Assembly (NCBI GenBank): GCA_041613315.1
Contig: JBFJHJ010000005.1
Location: 1-64,000 of the forward strand
Reading direction: 5' to 3'
Length of the DNA stretch: 64,000 bases
Origin: Gemmatimonadales bacterium
Lineage (GTDB): Bacteria > Gemmatimonadota > Gemmatimonadetes > Gemmatimonadales > GWC2-71-9
A model generated the notes under the pieces. That model saw only the letters and a list, made by a program, of their open reading frames with translations. It had not been told where the DNA came from and made no database searches. Both the position numbers and the translations under genes were made by a program. Below are positions 31,524 through 40,180 of this stretch, one piece after another. How positions within the stretch are numbered: the stretch's first letter is position 1; each line of letters begins with the position of its first letter.

Positions 31524-32446
31524 TTCGCGCTACCGGGCTCAGCAAGGCGTTCGGCGCGCACTGCGTGCTGGACGGCGTTGACGTGACCGTGCGGCCGGGC
31601 GAGCGGGTCGCGCTCCTCGGCCTGAACGGGGCAGGCAAGACGACGTTCATGCGGTGCCTGTTGGGACTCACGCGATTCTCCGGCACCCTCACCATCGGGG
31701 GTCATGACGTCCGCCGAGAGCCACGGGAGGCGAAGGCGCGTCTGGGGTATGTACCGCAACGCGCGCCGCACTTTGGCGGCAACCTCGACGACGTCGTGAC
31801 GTTCTTCGCGGCCCTCCGCGCCTGCGGCGCCGAGGATGTGCGGGCTCAGCTCGAGGATCTGGGGCTCTCGCTGGCGGCGCACGGCGACAAGCCGATGCGG
31901 GCCTTGTCAGGAGGGATGCTGCAGAAGGTGCTGCTCGGGCTCGCCCTCGGCGCCGAGGTGCCCCTGCTGCTCCTCGACGAACCCACCGCGAACCTCGACG
32001 CCCGCGCCCGGCGCGAGTTTCTGCGCATTCTGCGGGACGTGCCGCGCAGCACGACCATTCTCCTCGCGTCGCACCGCTTCACCGACGTCACCGCTGTGGC
32101 CGATCGGCTGCTCGTGCTGCACGCCGGCCGGATTGTCTTCGACGGGTCCATGGAGGATCTGTGGGTCCGGGCGGGGAGCGATGCCACCCTGTGGATGCAG
32201 CTGGCGCCTGGGGCGCGGTCCGACGCCGAAGATCGGATCCGGGCGAGGTTCCGCGCACCGGTCCTGCTCCGGAACGGCGCCGCGATTGGCGTCCGAGTCG
32301 AGCGGCAGGCCCGCGCCGATGTGCTCGTGGAGCTGCGACAGGCCGGCCTCCATATCGAGGATTTCTGGACCGAAGTGCCCTCCCTCAACGATCTGCTCGA
32401 CGCGCTCCTCGGACCGCGCGACGCGAGTGGGAGCGCCGGCCGATGA
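31520..32446 (+). CDS. nosF: NosF ABC ATPase
   Basis: GLNGAGKT, LSGGM, LLDEPT; nos context. Confidence 0.92.
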   Translation: MIRATGLSKAFGAHCVLDGVDVTVRPGERVALLGLNGAGKTTFMRCLLGLTRFSGTLTIGGHDVRREPREAKARLGYVPQRAPHFGGNLDDVVTFFAALRACGAEDVRAQLEDLGLSLAAHGDKPMRALSGGMLQKVLLGLALGAEVPLLLLDEPTANLDARARREFLRILRDVPRSTTILLASHRFTDVTAVADRLLVLHAGRIVFDGSMEDLWVRAGSDATLWMQLAPGARSDAEDRIRARFRAPVLLRNGAAIGVRVERQARADVLVELRQAGLHIEDFWTEVPSLNDLLDALLGPRDASGSAGR

Positions 32447-33264
32447 CGGCGCGTGTCGGATTGATCGTCCAACGTGAGCTCGCGACGTCGCTGCAGAGCC
32501 GCTGGTTCTTCGTGTATTCGGGAATCGTGCTCGCCGCCGGGGTGATCCTCGCCACGCTCGGCTTGAGCGACTTCGCCATCCACGGCTACCGCGGTCTGGC
32601 CAAGGCGTTCGCGGGGCTCGTGCACCTCGCCTTGCTCTTCGTGCCGCTGCTGGCGCTGTTCCCCGCGACCGCAGCGATCACCGAAGACCGAGAAAGCGGG
32701 GCCCTCGAGTACGTCCTGGCGCAGCCCGTCAGCTTCGGCGAGGTGTTCGCCGGCAAGTGGGGAGGGGTGAGCGCGGCGCTCCTCCTCGCCCTCACCGCCG
32801 GCTTCGGCGTCGCGGGGGCGGTTGCCGCCCTGCGCGGCGTCCCGCCCGGCCTGCTGGTGGCGCTCTACGGGTTCGTGGTGCTCCTGGCGCTCGCCTTCGT
32901 CTCCGTCGGCCTCCTCTGCTCCGTCGTCAGCGAGTCACGCGCCCGCGCCACGACCATGGGCATCGTCGTGTGGCTCGTCCTGGTCGCCCTGGGGACGCTC
33001 GGGATCATGGTGGCCTTCGTGCGGTGGGGACTGCCGGAGACCGTGCTCGCGGTGTGGACGTTCGTGAATCCCGTCGAGGCCTTTCGAATCGGCGTGCTCA
33101 GTATCCTCGATCCCGACCTGAGTCTCCTCGGGCCGGTCGGAGCGGGAATCGTGACGCGCGTAGGTAGCGCCGGAACCGCCGGGCTTGCGGCGGTCGCGCT
33201 GAGCGTGTGGGTCGTGGCCCCCGCGCTGCTTGGCTGGTGGCGGTTCGCCCGGGGGCGGATCTAG
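32443..33264 (+). CDS. nosY: NosY ABC permease
   Basis: Multi-TM; DRESGALEYVLAQP, NPVEAFR. Confidence 0.9.
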   Translation: MTARVGLIVQRELATSLQSRWFFVYSGIVLAAGVILATLGLSDFAIHGYRGLAKAFAGLVHLALLFVPLLALFPATAAITEDRESGALEYVLAQPVSFGEVFAGKWGGVSAALLLALTAGFGVAGAVAALRGVPPGLLVALYGFVVLLALAFVSVGLLCSVVSESRARATTMGIVVWLVLVALGTLGIMVAFVRWGLPETVLAVWTFVNPVEAFRIGVLSILDPDLSLLGPVGAGIVTRVGSAGTAGLAAVALSVWVVAPALLGWWRFARGRI

Positions 33265-33298
33265 TAAGGAAGCACCCGCCTCCGGCTGCCCGCGTTCG

Positions 33299-33538
33299 TC
33301 AATCGTCGCCGAGACCCAGGACGATCCAGAGTCCGTGGAGGTGTTCGTCCCGACTCAGCGTCAATGGGGGCTCGGGTTGCGCGCGGGGCTCGGCTCCCGA
33401 GGCAGTGGACCGCCCAAGGGATGCCACCGTCGCCACGTCCGGGAACTCGAGCGCGACGACCTCGCGACCTGTCGCCTCCTTGAGCAGTGTCCGCTGTTCG
33501 TCGGTAAGCAGAAGCTGCAGCTTCGTCGGCGCCACCAT
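33299..33538 (-). CDS. Small hypothetical protein (79 aa)
   Basis: Strong SD AAGGAGGG; own promoter motif upstream. Confidence 0.65.
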   Translation of the reverse strand: MVAPTKLQLLLTDEQRTLLKEATGREVVALEFPDVATVASLGRSTASGAEPRAQPEPPLTLSRDEHLHGLWIVLGLGDD

Positions 33539-33567
33539 CGCGCCCTCCTTGCGATCGGCCGTAGCTC

Positions 33568-33600
33568 AACCTACCGGGACGCCAATGAAGAGATTGTGAA
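33568..33600 (-). promoter_or_regulatory. Direct-repeat array and -10 (minus strand)
   Basis: Minus strand reads cTTCAcaatctcTTCAttggcgtcccggTAGGTT; 11-bp period, 16-nt offset. Confidence 0.65.
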
Positions 33601-33629
33601 GCCGCAAGCGCGCAGCGCTGCCGACGCGG

Positions 33630-34454
33630 TCACCGCGGCACGCGCACGGCGATGCCCGCGCCGATGAACCAATCGTCCGCAGCCGAATTCAGCCCTACGC
33701 CGGCGCTCACATCGAACTGGAGGTTGTCGGCCGCCTGAAACGTGACCCCCCCGTCCAGGGCGTGCCGCGACGCGCCGGCATCACTCAGCGCGAATGTCCC
33801 GAAGGATTCCGCAAAGGCACCCACGCGCTCCGCCACCGCAAATCCGAACGACACCGTGTACAGGGCGTCCACCAGCGTGTCCGTCCCGCCCTGGGGCGCG
33901 GGCAGCGAACTCGCCGTCGCTCCCACGTTATAGCCCAGCGATACCCGCTCGCTCAACGTGCTGGCGAACGCAAGCCGCACGGTGGGGTTGGCGCGGTCGG
34001 AACCGATCCCATCCGCGCCCGTGGGCAGCGTGAGCATCCCTATTAGCGCGATCGCCGGCGCAGCGCCGCCACCCTCGGTGAAGCCGTACTTGAATCCCAC
34101 ATCGAGATCCCCGATCCCGCTGGTCACGGCCGCCGGCCCACCCCCACCTCCGCGCTCGGCGCTCCGCGTCCATCCCGCGAAGCCGAGTCGGAGCTCGGCC
34201 CGCGGCACGATCCCGATGCGCGCCAACACCTGCGGCACGGCATGGCTTCGAACCTCGACACCCCCCTCGCGCTCCCGGGAAAACGTCCAGCCCGCCTCGA
34301 ACTGCGCGAGACCCGGCACCACCACGGCCGGCGACTCGGTCTGATCGGGACGATCCGTCACCAACGGTCCGGGACGTGCCTGGCCGTGCGCCGGTGGCGC
34401 GACACCCATGAGGAATAGCGCAACCGCCCACACATGGAAGGACAACCGCCACAT
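33630..34454 (-). CDS. Outer-membrane beta-barrel transporter (MetA-pathway-of-phenol-degradation-like; start uncertain)
   Basis: Signal peptide; TDRPDQTES...QFEAG, GIGDL.VGFKY, LPTG, QFDVS.G. Confidence 0.8.
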   Translation of the reverse strand: MWRLSFHVWAVALFLMGVAPPAHGQARPGPLVTDRPDQTESPAVVVPGLAQFEAGWTFSREREGGVEVRSHAVPQVLARIGIVPRAELRLGFAGWTRSAERGGGGGPAAVTSGIGDLDVGFKYGFTEGGGAAPAIALIGMLTLPTGADGIGSDRANPTVRLAFASTLSERVSLGYNVGATASSLPAPQGGTDTLVDALYTVSFGFAVAERVGAFAESFGTFALSDAGASRHALDGGVTFQAADNLQFDVSAGVGLNSAADDWFIGAGIAVRVPR

Positions 34455-34470
34455 GAACAACCGACCCAGG

Positions 34471-34489
34471 TTGAGTTAGTGTAACCTAA
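34471..34489. promoter_or_regulatory. DtxR/IdeR-like operator
   Basis: TTGAGTTAGTGTAACCTAA matches TTAGGTTAGCCTAACCTAA at 15/19, in an AT-rich patch upstream of the barrel gene. Confidence 0.5.
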
Positions 34490-34543
34490 TGTTGTGATTA
34501 GCAGGAGCGCAACACGTGACCTTCCAAAGGTACCCGCGTCGTC

Positions 34544-36064
34544 TCAGCCGCGGCGCAGACCGGCCCGATCGACTTTGCCCAGGTGGGTTCGAGGCAACTC
34601 ATCGAGAAAGACGACCTCCCGCGGGTGCTTGTAGCGTTCCAGCCGCGCGCGCACGAACGCCTGCAGCTCGTCCGCCAGCGCCGGACCCGGCCGGTCGGCG
34701 ACCACGAATGCGTGCGGCTTGACGAGCCCGTCGTCGTCCACCACGCCGACCACCGCCGCTTCGCGCACGCGCGGGTGGTCGAGCAAACAGCCCTCCACCT
34801 CTTGGGGCGAGAGCCACTTGCCGGCGACCTTGAGCATGTCGTCGGAACGGCCGCAATAGGTGACGTAGCCGTCGGCGTCGGCGCACACCATGTCGCCCGA
34901 GACGTACCACTCGCCGCGGAACGCCTCCTTCGTGGTCGCCATCTGCTGCCAGTATCCGAGCGCGCGCGAGTTGCCTCGCACCCACAGCCACCCGACCTCC
35001 CCTCGCGGCAGCTCCGTCCCCGCCTCGTCGCAGACGCGCACCTCGAAGCCGGGAACCACCTTGCCCAAGGTGCCCGGCTTCACGTCGCCGGGCTGGTTGG
35101 AGAGGAAGATGTGCCACATCTCGGCCGTACCGAGCCCATCGAGCAGCTCGACCCCGAAGGCGTCGCGCCAGCGGTGGTACAGCTCGACCGGCAGCGCCTC
35201 GCCCGCCGACGTCGCCAGCCGGAGACAGGAGAGGTCCTGCCGACGCGCCGCGGGATGCGACACCATCTGATTGATCATGGTCGGGACGTTGACGAGGATC
35301 GTCGGGCGGTGGCGCGCGATCTGCCCGAACAGCAGGTCCGCCGTGCAGCGCTCAGGAAACAGCACGACACTGCCGCCGACCGCGAACGGGAACAGGAGAT
35401 TCGAGCCGGTGGCGTAGCCGAAATAGAGCTTGGGCACCGAGATCGTGCGGTCATCAGCGGTATACCCGATCACCCGCTTGGCATAGCACTCCGTGGTGTT
35501 GGCGAACGAGGTGTGGGTCTGCACGACCGCCTTGGGCCGACCCGTGGTGCCTCCCGAGAACAACCAGATGGCCGCGTCGTCCCGATGCGACAGAAAGGGC
35601 TCGAGGGTTGGCGACGCACCCGCGAGTGCCTGCTCGAATTCCGGCCCCCCCACCGTCAGCATGTTGTCGAGATGCCGAGCGGTCCCGGCCGCCGTGCCGA
35701 ACGCCGCCGCCGTCTCCGGGTGCACGATCACGGTTCGGGCGCGGGTGTACGCGTAGAAGTACTCGATGTCGTGCGAGCGCAGGTGCGGGTTGACCATCAC
35801 CACGACGGCCCCGATCTTCAGGATGCCGAACAGGGCGGCCACGTACTCCGGCCCGTCGGGGAGCGCGATGATTACGCGCTGCTCCGGCTCCACCCCGGCG
35901 TCCAGGAGGACGTTGGCGAAGCGGTTCGCCAGCGCCTGCACGTCCTGGTAGGTGAGCGTGCCGCGGTCCGTGACCAGCGCCGTGTTGGCTCCCTTGCCCT
36001 CGCGCAGACGGTCGTCGAGGAAGTAGTCGGCGATGTTGAACTGGTCCGGCGGTTCAAAGGTCAT
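34544..36064 (-). CDS. Benzoate-CoA ligase family protein (probable anthranilate-CoA ligase)
   Basis: FNIA, WLFSGGTTGRPK, SAGEALP, DGLGTAEM.HIFLSN, GRSDDMLK. Confidence 0.9.
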   Translation of the reverse strand: MTFEPPDQFNIADYFLDDRLREGKGANTALVTDRGTLTYQDVQALANRFANVLLDAGVEPEQRVIIALPDGPEYVAALFGILKIGAVVVMVNPHLRSHDIEYFYAYTRARTVIVHPETAAAFGTAAGTARHLDNMLTVGGPEFEQALAGASPTLEPFLSHRDDAAIWLFSGGTTGRPKAVVQTHTSFANTTECYAKRVIGYTADDRTISVPKLYFGYATGSNLLFPFAVGGSVVLFPERCTADLLFGQIARHRPTILVNVPTMINQMVSHPAARRQDLSCLRLATSAGEALPVELYHRWRDAFGVELLDGLGTAEMWHIFLSNQPGDVKPGTLGKVVPGFEVRVCDEAGTELPRGEVGWLWVRGNSRALGYWQQMATTKEAFRGEWYVSGDMVCADADGYVTYCGRSDDMLKVAGKWLSPQEVEGCLLDHPRVREAAVVGVVDDDGLVKPHAFVVADRPGPALADELQAFVRARLERYKHPREVVFLDELPRTHLGKVDRAGLRRG

Positions 36065-36075
36065 AGCAATCCACC

Positions 36076-36846
36076 ATGCCGATCCTCGAATGGTCTCGGA
36101 TGACCTGGGAAGAGGTCCGCGACCTCGAGACGCGGACCGCGGTGGCCGTGCTGCCGGTGGGCGCGCTCGAGGCGCACGGGCCGCACCTGCCGCTTGCCAC
36201 CGATGTGCTGATCGCGGAGGCGATGGCGCAGGCGGGCGCCCGCCGGCTAGCGGACCGCGGCCTCTCGGTCCTGTTGCTGCCGCCCATCGCGTACACGTCG
36301 GCGGGCTTTGCCGCCGCATTCCCGGGTACGATCTCGCTCCCCGCCGCGACCGTGACGGCCACGCTCGTGGGTGTCGCCGACGGCCTGGCCGCGCAGGGCT
36401 TCGGCGCGCTGGCGGTGGCGAACGCGCACCTCGACCCGGCGCATCTTGCCGCACTCGAGGCGGCGGTCGCGGCCGCCCGAGCAGGCGGTCGGGTGACGAT
36501 GATCTTTCCGAACATCGCGCGCAAGCCGTGGGCGACAAGGCTCACCGAGGAGTTCAAGAGCGGTGCCTGTCACGCGGGGCGCTTTGAGAGCTCGATCGTG
36601 ATGGCGGTCGCCCCGGACCTCGTGCGGGAACAGCTCCGGCGGTCCCTTCCCGCGAATCCGGCCTCACTCTCGACCGCCATTCGGGACGGCAAGACGAGCT
36701 TCGCCGCGGCGGGCGGACCACGAGCCTACTTCGGCTTCCCCGCGGACGCCTCGGCCGCTGAGGGGCTGGCAACAATCGAGACCCTGGGCGCGATCCTCGC
36801 CGACGCCGTGCTCGAGGCAGGGGAGGCCGATGTCGCTCGAGGGTAG
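36076..36846 (+). CDS. Creatininase-family amidohydrolase
   Basis: MTWEEV, LPVGALEAHGPHLPLATD, NAH, CHAGRFESS. Confidence 0.9.
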   Translation: MPILEWSRMTWEEVRDLETRTAVAVLPVGALEAHGPHLPLATDVLIAEAMAQAGARRLADRGLSVLLLPPIAYTSAGFAAAFPGTISLPAATVTATLVGVADGLAAQGFGALAVANAHLDPAHLAALEAAVAAARAGGRVTMIFPNIARKPWATRLTEEFKSGACHAGRFESSIVMAVAPDLVREQLRRSLPANPASLSTAIRDGKTSFAAAGGPRAYFGFPADASAAEGLATIETLGAILADAVLEAGEADVARG

Positions 36847-37606
36847 AGGCGCGGTCGTCACCGGTGGCGGCCGGGGGATCGGCGCGGCTGTCGCGCGCGC
36901 CCTCGCGCTGGAGGGCGCCGCGGTCGTCGTCGCGGCCCGCACACAGACCGAGATTGCCGCGGTTGCCGCTGAACTGACGGCCGAAGGCCGCAGCGCCTGG
37001 GCCGTCACCTGCGACGTGACCGACCCGGCGAGCGTCGCACGGCTCGCACGGGAAGCCAGGCGTCAGCTCGAGCGCGCCGACATCCTCGTCAACAACGCCG
37101 GCATTGCCCACTCGGCGCCGCTTCACGCCCTCGAGCTCCACGACTGGAACCGGCTGTTCGCCGTGAACGCCACCGGCACGTTCCTGTGCACACAGGCGTT
37201 CGTCCCGGCGATGATCGAGTCGGCATGGGGGCGCGTCATCAACGTCGCGTCGGTGGCGGGTCTCTCGGGTGCGCGCTATATCGCGGCGTACGCCGCCTCG
37301 AAGCATGCCGTGATCGGGTTCACGCGCTCGATCGCCGCCGAGGTGGCCGCGAAGGGCGTCACCGTGAACGCGGTGTGCCCGGGCTACGTCGATACCGCCA
37401 TGACTCGCGAGTCGGTCGAGCGCATCGCAGGTAAGACCGGCCTGACCGGCGACCGCGCGCTCGACGCCATTCTCGAGAGCACGCCCCAACGCCGCCTCAT
37501 CACGCCGGACGAGGTGGCGCACGCGGTGGTCGCGCTCTGCGCCGAGGGCGCCCGGGGCATCAACGGCCAAGCGCTCGTGATGGACGGTGGGGGCCTGCTC
37601 GCCTAG
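36830..37606 (+). CDS. SDR family oxidoreductase
   Basis: TGGGRGIG, NNAG, YAASKH, CPGYVDT. Confidence 0.93.
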   Translation: MSLEGRGAVVTGGGRGIGAAVARALALEGAAVVVAARTQTEIAAVAAELTAEGRSAWAVTCDVTDPASVARLAREARRQLERADILVNNAGIAHSAPLHALELHDWNRLFAVNATGTFLCTQAFVPAMIESAWGRVINVASVAGLSGARYIAAYAASKHAVIGFTRSIAAEVAAKGVTVNAVCPGYVDTAMTRESVERIAGKTGLTGDRALDAILESTPQRRLITPDEVAHAVVALCAEGARGINGQALVMDGGGLLA

Positions 37607-37694
37607 TGGATGCACGCGGAGGGAGCCACTGGCAGACGACACGTTTTCCGAGCGGACCAGCGTGCGCACCCACCCACAGGAGTGGAGGAGACGC

Positions 37695-38096
37695 GTGACC
37701 TTCGAGATCATCAACCCCGCCTCGCTTGGCACCCCTCGGGGATGGAACCACGGCATGCTCGCCCCTCGAGGCGGGCGGCTCCTCTTCGTCGCCGGCCAGA
37801 CGGCGCGTGACGCGACGGGCGCGGTGTCGCCCGTGGGCTTCGTCGAGCAGTTCGCTCGGGCGCTGACCAACGTGCTCGCCGTGGTCCGTGAAGCGGGCGG
37901 GCGGGCGGAGCAGATCGGACGCCTCACGATTTACGTCACGGATCTCGAAGCCTACCAGTCGAGCCTCGAACCGCTTGGCGTCGAGTATCGTCGGCTCATG
38001 GGACGTCACTACCCCGCCATGGCACTGCTGCACGTCCGCGGTCTGGCGGATCCGCACGCGGCGGTCGAGATCGAGGCCACGGCGGTGATTCCGTAA
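37695..38096 (+). CDS. RidA/YjgF family protein
   Basis: SD GGAGGAG; LFVAGQ, HYPAM, VEIEATA. Confidence 0.9.
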   Translation: MTFEIINPASLGTPRGWNHGMLAPRGGRLLFVAGQTARDATGAVSPVGFVEQFARALTNVLAVVREAGGRAEQIGRLTIYVTDLEAYQSSLEPLGVEYRRLMGRHYPAMALLHVRGLADPHAAVEIEATAVIP

Positions 38097-38200
38097 CCGG
38101 TGTTCGTTGTCCGGCGCCCGGTGTCCGGGAAGCGCCGGAGCAGAACTCGGAGCCCAGGTACCGCACACCGGACACCGCGCCCCCGGAGGGGCCCTTCGCA

Positions 38201-39001
38201 ATGACGATCGCTCCCAAGTCGTTTCGCTACGCCCACGACCACACCACCTCCGTGGCGACGCTCACGCTCGACCGGCCCGACCGCTTGAACGCGTTGACGT
38301 TCGAGGTGTATGCCGAGCTGCGGGATACCTTCCGCGCCCTCGACGTCGAGCCGGACGTTCGGGCCGTCGTGCTCACGGGCAGCGGCCGCGGGTTCTGCTC
38401 CGGTGGCGACGTGGAGGACATCATCGGGGCGCTCTTCGCGCGCGAGTACGAGGGGCTGCTGGCGTTCACCCACATGACGTGCGACCTCATCTTGGCGATC
38501 CGCTCGTGCCGACGTCCGGTGGTGGCGGCACTGAACGGAACGGTGGCGGGGGCCGGCGCCGTGATCGCGGCGGCGTGCGACATACGGATCGCGGCCGACA
38601 CGGCCAAGATCGCTTTTCTCTTCACGAAAGTTGGGCTCTCCGGCGCCGACATGGGCGCGGCATGGCTGCTCCCGCGCCTGGTGGGGCTGGGGCGCGCCAC
38701 CGAGCTCCTCATGAGCGGTGACTTCATCGACGCGGCGACGGCGGAACGGATCGGCCTTTACAACCGCGTCGTCCCGCACGATCGCGTGCTCTCCGAGGCA
38801 CACTCCTTCGCCGAGCGGCTCGCGCGGGGGCCGTCGTTCGCTCTTGGAAAGACGAAGGAGGCCCTCGACCGGGAGGCGGTGATGGATTTCGGATCCGCTC
38901 TGGTCGCTGAGGCCGAGGTGCAGGCCGGCTGCATGCTGAGCCCGAACTTCCGCGAGGCATACGACGCATTCACCGAGAAGCGCGAACCGCGCTTCGTCTA
39001 G
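38201..39001 (+). CDS. Enoyl-CoA hydratase family protein
   Basis: RLNAL, FCSGGD, AGAGA, GLSGADMGA. Confidence 0.92.
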   Translation: MTIAPKSFRYAHDHTTSVATLTLDRPDRLNALTFEVYAELRDTFRALDVEPDVRAVVLTGSGRGFCSGGDVEDIIGALFAREYEGLLAFTHMTCDLILAIRSCRRPVVAALNGTVAGAGAVIAAACDIRIAADTAKIAFLFTKVGLSGADMGAAWLLPRLVGLGRATELLMSGDFIDAATAERIGLYNRVVPHDRVLSEAHSFAERLARGPSFALGKTKEALDREAVMDFGSALVAEAEVQAGCMLSPNFREAYDAFTEKREPRFV

Positions 39002-39003
39002 CC

Positions 39004-40161
39004 ATGCCCGATCCCGGACCGATCCGCGCGTTCCTGGAGGACCACCATGTCGACCTGGCCGCCCGCGTCACGGACTTCAGCACGCGAGAGCTGGCGCCCC
39101 GGGCCGAGCCGGCCGACGACGCCGCCGGCCGGAAGGATGCCCGCGACATGCTCGCGCTCATGGGCGGCGGCGGGTGGTACCGGCCGATCACCGATCAGGA
39201 CTTCCGGGCGTGCTGTCTCGTACGGGAAGCGTTGGCCGCCGCCTCGCCCCTGGCCGATGCCGTGTTCGCCCTGCAGGCCCTGGGATCGGTGCCGATCCTC
39301 CTGGCGGGCTCCGACGATCTCCGGACCCGCTGGGCGACGCCGGCTCTGGTGGGCACGGTGATGGCCGCGTTCGCCATGACGGAGACCGAGGCCGGCTCCG
39401 ACGTGGCGTCCATGACCACGCGGGCCGTGCGCGACGGTGCGCAGTACGTGCTCGACGGAACCAAGACGTTCATCTCCAACGCGGGGCTCGCCGATTTCTA
39501 CACCGTTTTTGCCGTCACCGACCCGTCGAGGGAGAGGAACAGCATCTCGTGTTTCGTGGTGCCCGCCGACACACCGGGACTCGCGTTCGTGCGGCCCCAG
39601 CGGCTGAGCGCGCCCCATCCGCTCGGGGACTTGGCGTTTTCGGACTGCCGCGTGCCCGCGGCGAACCGGGTGGGCGCCGAGGGCGACGGCCTGCGGATCG
39701 GCTTCGCCACGCTCGACCGCCTCCGCCCCACCGTCGGCGCGGCGGCCTGCGGCATGGCAGAGCGCGCGCTCGCCGAAGCGCTCCAGCACGCCGTCCATCG
39801 TCGGCAGTTCGGCAAGCCCCTGGGGGAGTTTCAGTTGGTGCAGACGAAGCTCGCCCGCATGAGCACCGACCTCACGGCGGCACGACTCCTCGTATACCAC
39901 GCCGCCTGGGCGCTGGATCGCGGAGCAGAGCGGGTCCGCATCGAGGCCGCTATGGCCAAGGCGTTCGCGACCGAGGCGGCGCAGCGGATCGTGGATGACG
40001 CCGTCCAGATCTTGGGCGGCCGCGGCGTGCTTGCGGAGCATCCGGTGGACCGTCTCTACCGTTCCGTGCGCGCTCTGCGCATCTATGAGGGCACGACCGA
40101 GATCCAGCACCTCATCATCGGAGGCGCCATGGTGCGCGCCGCGACCGCGTCGGACAGCTGA
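39004..40161 (+). CDS. Acyl-CoA dehydrogenase
   Basis: [38 protein letters not shown]. Confidence 0.94.
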   Translation: MPDPGPIRAFLEDHHVDLAARVTDFSTRELAPRAEPADDAAGRKDARDMLALMGGGGWYRPITDQDFRACCLVREALAAASPLADAVFALQALGSVPILLAGSDDLRTRWATPALVGTVMAAFAMTETEAGSDVASMTTRAVRDGAQYVLDGTKTFISNAGLADFYTVFAVTDPSRERNSISCFVVPADTPGLAFVRPQRLSAPHPLGDLAFSDCRVPAANRVGAEGDGLRIGFATLDRLRPTVGAAACGMAERALAEALQHAVHRRQFGKPLGEFQLVQTKLARMSTDLTAARLLVYHAAWALDRGAERVRIEAAMAKAFATEAAQRIVDDAVQILGGRGVLAEHPVDRLYRSVRALRIYEGTTEIQHLIIGGAMVRAATASDS

Positions 40162-40180
40162 CTCTCGATACGCGTACACC

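Noticed and set aside
33299..33538. RiPP biosynthetic cluster around the small peptide
   Set aside because: No radical SAM, YcaO, lanthionine synthetase or dedicated peptidase/exporter adjacent; the nearby ABC genes are nosFY
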